Both the position numbers and the translations under genes were made by a program. Positions 45,567 to 54,740 of a stretch of DNA of 64,000 bases are shown piece by piece. The DNA is from Elusimicrobiota bacterium. GTDB lineage: Bacteria > Elusimicrobiota > Elusimicrobia > UBA1565 > UBA9628. Positions within the stretch are counted from its first letter, which is position 1; every line of letters begins with the position of its first letter. A model generated the notes under the pieces. It was not told the DNA's origin. It was given only the letters and a program-made list of their open reading frames with translations, and ran no database searches. The stretch spans positions 2,728,908-2,792,907 of the forward strand of contig CP096137.1 in NCBI GenBank assembly GCA_023213235.1, in the 5' to 3' direction.

Positions 45567-48072
45567 GCAACTTCATCAAATACGGCATCGACCTCGGCAC
45601 CACCAACTCATGCATCGCTCGTTGCGAGGGCACGGATATTCGGGTTTACCCCAACAACGAGCAGATGAACGTCACCCCGTCTGCCGTCCGCCTCCTGAAG
45701 TCGGGACGGCTGATCGTTGGGCAGCGTGCCTACGCAGCTCTCTCAGTCGATCCGGATAACGTCGCCATCGAATTTAAGCGCTGGATGGGCCAAAAGAACA
45801 CAGCGAATTTCCCTGTGGCCGCTCGGACGCTGTCCGCCGAGGAGCTTTCGGCCGAGGTCTTGAAGTCTCTGTGCGAGAACGCCCAACGACACTCGGGCGA
45901 GGAGATCAGGGCTGCAGCCGTCACGGTGCCTGCCGCGTTTGGCGCTCTTCAATGCGAAGCCACTGCCCGAGCTGCACGCCTAGCCGGGCTCGAGGAGAGC
46001 CCGCTCCTGCAAGAGCCGATCGCCGCCGCAATCGCGTATGGCATTGCTCCGGGAGCCAAGGACCAGCGCTGGCTCGTCTTCGACCTTGGCGGCGGAACGC
46101 TCGACGTGGCGATCATTTCTACGCGAAATGGCCGGTTGGCCGTCCTGGAACACCGCGGCAACAATCTTCTGGGCGGCAAGGACATCGACCGCCGGATCGC
46201 GGAGGAGTTCTTGCTGCCTGCGTTGGCCAAGGACTTCGCACTCCCTGAGCCGGGAAGCCCCGAGCACAAACGCCTCCTCCGTCGTCTGATCGCCAAAGCA
46301 GAGGAAGCGAAGATCGAACTCAGCACGGCGCCCAAGGTAGTGGTTAGCCTGATCGATCTTGGGGAAGATACCGCGGGAGAGTCCCTGGAAGGGGAGGTCC
46401 AACTTTCACGCGCGCAACTTGAGCGCACGATGCAGCCCGTTGTCGAAGAATGTCTCCGCCTCACGAAAGAAGCAATTGCAGGCGCCCGGATGGCGGCTGC
46501 GGACCTGGATCGAATCCTGCTGGTAGGCGGCCCGACGCAGAGCCCCCTGATCCGGGCAGCTCTAACAGAGCAGGTCAGCAAGAACGTGGATTTCTCCCTC
46601 GATCCTATGACGGTAGTTGCTCGCGGCGCGGCTCTGTTCGCCGCATCTGTCGAACGAACCTCAAACGCCCCGGCTCCGGCAGCGACCGGGAAGCTTTCCG
46701 CCCAGCTGGCTTTCGACCCGGTGAGTTCGTCTCTACAGTGTCCTGTCTCAGGGCGAGTTGATCATGGCGATGGCGTTCACGCCCATGAGATCAAGATCGA
46801 CTCAGAGGATGGCTTCTGGACGAGCGGCTGGGTGCCCTTGGCGGATGATCTTTTTGAGGTTAACGCCGGACTACAGGAAGACAAGGTTTCACGTTTTTGG
46901 CTCTACGCGCGCGACAAGAATGGCCAGCTCCTTGAAATTGAACCTGGGGAATTCAGCATCCGACAAGGCCTCGTGGTGTCAGCGCCTCCGCTCCCCCATA
47001 CTATTTCGGTCGAAGTCGCGGGCGCCAACGGCAAACCCATGCTCGAGCCCGTATTTGCCCGGAGCACCCCGCTCCCCAACCAGCAGGTGAAGAAGTATCG
47101 GGCTAGCCACACGCTGAATCCAAACGAACCTGGAACTGTCCTGGTTATCAAGCTCTGGGAGGGCGAGGAGCTTTCCGATCCCGAAGCGAACGTCTGGGTG
47201 GGCAAAATGCTCATCGCTTCGGACGACATTCAGCGCGCGATTCCCGAAGGCTCTGAAATTGAACTCTCGATCAATATCGATGCGTCACGGCACATCACTG
47301 TCGAGGCCTTCGTCCCCCATCTAAACAAGCACTTCGCGGATCATGTCTATGTTCCGCAGCGAGACGAGCAGGACTACTCCCACCTGGCCCGCGCCGTCAG
47401 CTCGGAGGTGGAGACCCACAATCAGCGCCTGGAAGAAATCGAAAAGCGTATAGGCGATGGGGATGGCAAGGAAGGAGTTCAAGAGCTTCGCAAGGAGATC
47501 GACAGCCTCTCCCGGGAGCAGACCCCGAGGCCGAGACCTCGGGCACGAGCGATCCAGACAAGGACAAACGGGTCGTCGAACACTCCCGAAGAATCCGCAT
47601 TAAGATCGCCGAACTCGAACGAGGCGCGGGAGTTGAACACGAGAAGGCTGCGCTTACCAACGAGCTGGAGTCCAACGCAGCCGGCACTACCGATGTTATC
47701 GGCCGGTATGGATCAGCCCTTGAAAAGAAGGAACTCGAAATCTTGAAGCGGGATCTCGAGCGCGCCCTCCAAAAGGACGATGATCGTGGCCTTGAGAAGA
47801 TCAACAGCGCGCTCGTCGCTCTTCGCCTGCGGGTCCTCTTTAAGCAGGACTGGTTTTGGAAGGAAGTCTTTGAATCGATGCAGGAGCCGGGTTGCAGCTA
47901 CTTGAACGAAGCTGAGGCGAAGCGCTGGATCGCGCAGGGAAACGCGGCCGTAAAACAAGGCGACGGTGATGGCCTCAGAGAAAGCGTTCGGCAGCTCTGG
48001 AAGCTCCAGACTCCTACGCAGGCGCAGGCGGAGCAGGAGAAGGCTCTACGCTCTGGGCTGAGCAAATACTAG
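45563..48072 (+). CDS. atypical Hsp70-family ATPase with inserted domain and long helical C-terminal extension, frame broken once
   Basis: YGIDLGTTNSCIA, VFDLGGGTLDVAI, LLGGKDID, ILLVGGPTQSPLIR. SBD-beta-like ...ELSINIDASRHITVEAFV. ORF 45563-47746 turns into Arg/Pro-rich text after about 47520, while the frame of ORF 47743-48072 is open upstream (DPEAETSGTSDPDKDKRVVEHSRRIRIKIAELER...). ATGA overlap with the GrpE-like gene. Confidence 0.8.
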
Positions 48073-48074
48073 CC

Positions 48075-49640
48075 ATGAAACCACTCGCGCGCAAACCTAG
48101 CCTGCCGGCGGGAACGGCTATCCCAGACTTCCCGGCGATCACGAAGGCGCTTCATACTGACGCCCTGTGCGAAGTCTATCTTCTGGACCAGACCGAGCAG
48201 GGCAGCCTCCTCCTTGTCGCTCTCCAGGGCACGGGAGACAAGGAGGCCGCGCTTAGCCGGCAACTTACCCAGTGGTGGGCGGATCTTGCCCCGGCGCTCG
48301 AGGTCAAGAGCGCCTTCCGCAAGGGTTCCACAGGAGCCAAGAGACTGGAAGCCGTCATCAAGGTCACCGGGGAGTGGCTTGGCGCACGAAAGGACGAAGT
48401 TGTTGAAGAACAGGAGTTGTTTGCCGTCCTGGGCGCGCTCACAAGTCTCTCAGAGCGCGCGGCTGATGCCGACATGCTTCCGAACCTTCTGCCATCGTTG
48501 CTCTGGAAATCTTTCGCCGGAGCAAAGACACAAATTACGTCCGTTTTCGCTTCCACCCAATCACCCGAGCAGGAAGACGGCCACGTCCGACAGCTGGCCT
48601 CGGTTTTCTATTGGCTTGCTGCAGGAATCGATGTTTCCATTTCAGCTCAGGAGCCCAAGCCTCTCAGCCGCTGGTGCAAGACGGCCGGAACGCGCCTTTC
48701 CTCCGTGATCGGCAGGTGCCTGACCACCGCTAAGAGCCCCGATCGCATTGTTTCCATCGAAGAACTCAGGCAGGCCCTCTCTCAGAACACCGAGGGGCAA
48801 CCTCACGTTCCAAAGAAGAAGAGTCGCGCCGCCAGCGGCAAGTCCGCGAAGGGTCTGGCCAAGGTCGCAGGGATGCACACCTTGAAGGCTCTTCTTGAGC
48901 GTGACATCGTGAAGCCGCTTCGCGATCCTGAGCCGTTTCGACGTTACGGCCTCACAATCCCCAACGGCGTATTGCTGTATGGGCCGCCTGGCTGCGGGAA
49001 AACCTATATCGCACGCCAGCTCGCGGAGGAACTCGGATACTACTTCGCGGAGGTCATCCCCTCGCAAGTCGCCGGAATCCACATCCATGAGACGGTCATG
49101 CGCATCCGCGAGGTGTTCGACACTGCGGCAGAGCGCGCGCCTGCCATCGTCTTTATCGATGAATTTGAGGCCCTGGTGCCCTCCCGCTCAGACCTCGGTG
49201 GCCACCAGCAGTATAAGTCAGAGGAGGTCAATGAGTTTTTAGCACAGCTGAACTCCTGCGCGGATCGAAAGATCTTCGTGATAGCGGCGACAAACGAGCC
49301 GAATAAGATCGACCCAGCGATTCGACGCACGGGCCGCCTCGACAAACTTATCTATGTTGGCCCTCCTGATGCCGAAGCTCGGACCGAAATGCTTCGTCTT
49401 CACCTAGATAGCAGGCCGCTCGACAAATCTCTCGCGGCCGGATCGGTCTCACTGACTCTCGAAGGCTATTCGGCTAGCGACATCAAGTTCTTGGTGGACG
49501 AAGCAGCCCGCCTTGCTCTTGGGCGCGGCGCGCCGATCTCATCTGAAATTCTGATGGAGGCAAGCCGGCAAATCCCTCCTTCAGTGACGAAGGCGGACGA
49601 AAAGCGCTATCAGTCGTTCGAGGAGCGCGGCTCAAAATAG
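48075..49640 (+). CDS. AAA+ ATPase (classic CDC48/FtsH-like clade) with unique ~280-aa N-terminal domain
   Basis: GVLLYGPPGCGKTYIARQLA (Walker A), APAIVFIDEFEAL (Walker B), VIAATNEPNKIDPAIRRTGRLD (sensor 1 / Arg finger), lid SASDIKFLVDEAARLAL. The start is 2 nt after the Hsp70 stop. Confidence 0.85.
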   Translation: MKPLARKPSLPAGTAIPDFPAITKALHTDALCEVYLLDQTEQGSLLLVALQGTGDKEAALSRQLTQWWADLAPALEVKSAFRKGSTGAKRLEAVIKVTGEWLGARKDEVVEEQELFAVLGALTSLSERAADADMLPNLLPSLLWKSFAGAKTQITSVFASTQSPEQEDGHVRQLASVFYWLAAGIDVSISAQEPKPLSRWCKTAGTRLSSVIGRCLTTAKSPDRIVSIEELRQALSQNTEGQPHVPKKKSRAASGKSAKGLAKVAGMHTLKALLERDIVKPLRDPEPFRRYGLTIPNGVLLYGPPGCGKTYIARQLAEELGYYFAEVIPSQVAGIHIHETVMRIREVFDTAAERAPAIVFIDEFEALVPSRSDLGGHQQYKSEEVNEFLAQLNSCADRKIFVIAATNEPNKIDPAIRRTGRLDKLIYVGPPDAEARTEMLRLHLDSRPLDKSLAAGSVSLTLEGYSASDIKFLVDEAARLALGRGAPISSEILMEASRQIPPSVTKADEKRYQSFEERGSK

Positions 49641-49660
49641 CATTCATGGTGATTTTCTAA

Positions 49661-52600
49661 ATGCAGTCTCCCAGCAAAAAGCGGCTTGGCCAACTCTTCG
49701 GCTTCCTGGATAGCCTCAACCAGCTCCGGAACCAGCCGACAAAACTCATTGGAGATCAGCCCTGGGCTCTCTCGTTCCAGGACCTCCCCGATCACCCCTC
49801 GATCGAGCGCGCGGCAATTCTCGATGTCGATGATGATGCCGAGCAGGAAGACAAGAAGCCTCCCGAGGCCGCCGAAGTCGTCAACGACTTCGTTCTCAGA
49901 GTCAGCCGTCCCGAACTGACGAACGCCCCGACTCCCCCGACAACGTCAAGGAGTGGCTTAACCTCGGCTGGGAGCAGCTCGACGGCGTCGTCACCTGCCG
50001 GGAGTCGCGCAATGAAACCACTCCCGAGGGACAAACGGTTATCGTTAGGTTTGACGCTGATCCGGCGCGCGTCAACTCGCTTAAAGAATGGGAGGCGGTC
50101 CGAGCCCAGTGGGTCATCAACGAGCGCCCAGCGCGAGCCGCCATGGCTCTCTTCGAGCGGCTCTACGAGCTTCATGGGCAGATCGAGCGCGAAGGCGAGC
50201 GCTTCGAGCTGATACTAGGCGACGGCATCCTGTCGTGGCGCCGGCCCGAAGGCGGGGTCCTTCATCCCATCCTGCTCAAGAGAATCCAACTGCAGTTTGA
50301 CGCCGATGCGCCTGAATTCAAGTTCGTTGAGACGGGCACTCCGACCGAGATCTATTCGGCGCTTTTCCGCTCGATGAATGATGTCGACGGCAAGCTCCTT
50401 GGAAAGTGCCGCGAGGAAGTTGAAAAACGCGGCTACCACCCCATGGGCGCGGGACTCACCAGCGGGTTCCTCCGCAAATTCGCCCAACTGCTGAACGCTC
50501 AAGGGCAGTATGCCGATTCGCTCCCTTTACGCATAGAGACCGATCATCCCCGGATCAGCCGAAATCCCTACATCTTCCTCCGCTCACGCTCCCTGGGTTT
50601 TACGACGGCCATCGAAGCCATCCTCGAGGACATCCAGAAGCGCGACGAGTTCTCCCCGTCGCTGATGAATATCGTCGGCATCGAGACCCGCCCAAGCGTC
50701 GGGGATATAGACCCCGAGGACTACGTGGAGCCCACTGCCCCGATGGGCAACGAGGACGTCGACATCCTGCTCTCGAAGCCGGCGAATCCCGAACAATTGA
50801 AGCTCGCCCAGCGCCTTGAACAGCATGGGTCCGTCGTTGTCCAAGGACCTCCTGGCACCGGGAAGACGCATACAATCGCCAATCTCCTGGGACATCTTCT
50901 TGCTCAGGGTAAGAGTGTCCTCGTCACCAGTCATACCTCAAAGGCGCTTCGCGTCCTTCGCGAGAAGGTCGTCGAGTCACTCCAGCCCTTGTGCGTCAGC
51001 GTTCTGGAGAGCGACCTGGACAGTCGCAAGCAGCTCGAGGGCTCTGTTTCGAAGATCGTTGAACGGCTGACCTCTTCAGATACAAAGGACCTCCAGCGGC
51101 GCGCCGAGACGCTGACGAAAGCCCGGGCAAACCTGCTGGGGAGATCGAGCAGACGCGTCGCGATCTCATCGGCGCCAGGAATGGCGAATACCGCGACATC
51201 GTGGTGGCAGGCCAGGCCCTCACGCCCAGCGCAGCCGCACGACTCGTTACCTCTCGCCAGAACGACGACTCCTGGATTCCCGCGCCGGTGGTGCTCGGCG
51301 CTCCTATCCCGCTTAGCGAAACCGAACTCCACGAGCTTTATCGAAGCAACGAGGCAGTGACTGCCCACGACGAGAACGAACTTGGCCTCGAACTGCCGGA
51401 GCTGGATGACCTTCCCCATCCCGCTCAATTCAGGCGCGCGGCTGAAAACTATCAGCAACTGTCCCAGCTGGATCGAGACCACGGCATCCGCTTTTGGAAA
51501 GATCAGGCGCCTGAAATCGCGATTCTCTGCGTTAAATGCAACAAGCGAAACAGGGGCCGGGTCCCGCAGGGCGCTGATCGAAAGGAATTTCTTGCGAAGC
51601 TGCGCTGCGGCAACGCCAAGTGCAAGGCGCCTTTCGAATCTTCTGCGACGGAGCCCTTCCACACGGTCGCCCTGACTCCCGAGCGACTGGAAACCCTCCT
51701 CGAGACGACTCGAGAGGCCGCGCAGCTGATCCCTCCCGATCCGCACTGGTCGGCAGAAGCGATCATGGCAGGACTCAAAGGTGGTCCACACCGAGAGCCC
51801 TGGGACAATCTTGTCGCAGAAATTGACGCGCTGACCAAGCTCGCCGGCGAAACCAAGGAACTGATTCTCCGCCACAACCCCTCCATCGCTGCGGCCGTCA
51901 CGCTGGACGAAGCCGAAAGTCGTCTGGTTGAGATACAACAGCACTTTGCTACAGGCGGCAGCCTCTCCTTCTGGAGCTTGCTGACGAAGCCGGCGTGGAA
52001 GAAGCTAATCGCGGCTTGCGCCGTTGAGGGCTCCACACCGGCCAAGAAGGAACATTTTACGGCGCTCCATGCCCATGTTCGCCTCACCGTCTCTCGCAAT
52101 CGTGTCATCACAAGATGGGAACGCATGGTGTCCACGTCGGGCGGCGTAAGCAAAGAAGATCTGGGCGTCAATCCCGAAGCGGTGCTTGAGCAGTTCCGTG
52201 CCGAACTGATTCGCCTGCTCAATTGGCACAGCGACAAGTGGCAGCCGATCCAGACCGAACTGGATGAGATCGGCCTGCTGATGGAGCAGATAATCGAGGG
52301 CATCCCGCCTATCACGTCCGCGACGGGGCCAATCCTTCGTATTCGCACAGCTGCCACGCAGAACCTCCCGCCGATCCTCACCGCTCGGGCCAGCAAGATA
52401 CGGTGGGAGGAAGCGAAGACCTTTATCGACTCGCTGACCACTCGCCTCAAGAGCGCCCCGCGGAAGGCCCGCTCCGAGCATGTTGCAGGTCTGCACACCG
52501 CCGTGGAGACGCTCGACGCCGACAAATATTCCATCGCCTTCGACGGCTTGAGCGTCCTCCTGAACAAGCGCAAGCTGTTGGCCCGCCGCAAGGAATTGCT

Positions 52601-54740
52601 GTCCAAGCTCGCCGCCTCAGCACCTGGATGGGCGGCGGCTATCGAGCATCGGCGCAAGCCCCATGACGGGAGCATTGTTCCCGATGGCATTCAGCAAGCA
52701 TGGCTTTGGCGGCAGCTCCACGATGAGATTGAACTGCGGAATAGCGTTTCTGCCGAAGAGCTGCAGGCCCGCCTCGAAACCCTAACGGGGACGCTCCAGA
52801 CGACTACGGCCGAGCTGATCGACAAACGGGCCTGGGCAGCGCAGGTCGATAAGACCTCCCATACCCAGCGCCAAGCCCTCACTGGGTGGGTCGAGACGAT
52901 CCGCCGCATCGGGCGAGGCACCGGCCGCCGCGCGCCGCGACTTGAGGTCGAAGCTCGCAAGCTGATGGGAGATTGCCGCTCAGCCGTTCCCGTTTGGATC
53001 ATGCCCCTTTCTCGAGTAGTCGAGAATTTTGACCCCGCAAAACGCGCTTCGACGTGGTCGTGGTCGATGAAGCGAGCCAGCTCGATGTCATGGGCCTAAT
53101 AGCGCTTTATATGGCCGATCAAGTCGTCATCGTCGGCGACCATGAGCAGGTCAGCCCCGAGGCCGTCGGCCAGAAGCTGGACGAAGTTCAGCACTTGATC
53201 GACGAGCACCTGGGAGAAGTGCCGAACGCGAATCTATACGACGGCAAGCTGTCAGTCTACGATCTGGCGAAGACCGCCTTCGGCGGTCAGCTCTGCCTTC
53301 GCGAGCACTTCCGCTGCGTCGAAGAGATCATTCAGTTCAGCAATCACCTCTGCTACCACGGCCAGATTAGACCCCTCCGGGACTCCTCCACCGTCCCCCT
53401 CAAGCCCCACATCCTCGAGCACCGAGTCGATGGGCAGTGCGATCAGAACAACGTAAATCACAACGAATCTCTCGCAGTTGCGTCGCTAATTGCAGCGGCG
53501 ATTAAGCAGCCCGAATACCGGGGCAAGACCTTCGGAGCCATCTCGCTGCTCGGCGACGAGCAGGCACGCGACATCGAGAGCATGCTCCGCAGGCATTTGG
53601 CGCCCGCCATCTTCGAGGAGCGCCGCATCAGTGTGCGGCAATGCAGCGCACTTCCAAGGTGACGAGCGCGATGTGATGTTCCTCACCCTCGTGGATTCGC
53701 CGCAGGGAACGCCCCACCCCTTCCGGGATCAACCCCTGTTCAGAAAGCGCTTCAACGTGGCCGCCAGCCGTGCCCGCGACCAGATGTGGATCGTGCACTC
53801 CCTCAACGCGGAGCGAGATCTCCAGCCCGGCGACCTTCGGCGCCGTCTGATCCAGCATGCACAGGACCCGATGGCGACCGTCCGTTTGCTTCAAAAGGAA
53901 GAGGCCCGAACGGACTCTGAATTTGAGCGCCAAGTCCTTGCCAGGCTCGTAGACGCAGGCTATCGCGTCAAGACGCAGTGGCGGGTGGGCTACTACCGGA
54001 TCGACATGGTCGTTGAGGGCAATGCGGCCCGCCTGGCTGTTGAATGCGACGGCGACAAATACCACACCATGGAGAATCTCCATGAAGACATGGCTCGCCA
54101 GTCGGTTCTCGAGCGCCTCGGCTGGAAGTTCATCCGGATCAGAGGCACTCGGTTCTTCCGCCGGCCCGACCAAGAAATTCAGCGCATCCTGGACAAGCTC
54201 AACGCGCTCGGCATTGAAAAATTGGGGGCGTCCAACGATCAGCAGCAAGCCCAGGCTGGCAACCAAGAATTGACCGACCGCCTGAACCGTGCTGCGGAAG
54301 AGATTCGCCAGCTATGGGCCTCAGACCCAGCCTACGTCTACGAGGAGGTGCCTGCCAAGCAACGGCGCTCCTCCTCCTGGAAGAAGCAAGCCCCCGGCAC
54401 CGCCTGGGGCAGGCAGCGGCACCCCGAGCCGCCTGCAGCACCCAAACCGGCCCAAGAAGACGAGCTGCCTCTCGAGATCGATGAGCCCGAAACTGATGGC
54501 CGCAAGATCGACGACATCCCGCAAGAAGATATTCGCGAAGCCCTCCGGAACCTTGTCCCCAAAGGTGCTCGAGTTCCCCGGGAAGAGCTTTTAAAGAAAC
54601 TCGTGTCCGCTCTGGGGCAACAGCGCCTCGGTCGCAAGATTCGCAGTCGCCTTAACCGGGCTATTGGCGGCGAGACCCGGGCTGGTAATCTTGAGACCGA
54701 TTGGGACTTTGTCTGGAGGTCGCCTGATTCAGGGTCTTAG
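49661..54740 (+). CDS. DUF4011-type Upf1/DNA2-like SF1 helicase with large inserted region and C-terminal Vsr/DUF559-like endonuclease domain, frame broken four times
   Basis: Joins near 49935, 51140, 53040 and 53630 link ORFs 49661-50212, 50143-51360, 51201-53099, 53054-53662 and 53490-54740. [16 protein letters not shown] (DUF4011-like). [18 protein letters not shown] (motif I). [11 protein letters not shown] (motif II). [67 protein letters not shown]...[12 protein letters not shown] (nuclease). Zn ribbon CVKCNK...CGNAKC in the insert. Confidence 0.8.

Noticed and set aside
47743-48072. Independent 109-aa coiled-coil gene between Hsp70 and the AAA+ ATPase
   Set aside because: Its frame is open for more than 200 nt upstream of the listed TTG start and gives sensible helical sequence there. 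The Hsp70 frame becomes Arg/Pro-rich nonsense over the same stretch. I therefore treat it as the Hsp70 C-terminus after a frame error near 47520.
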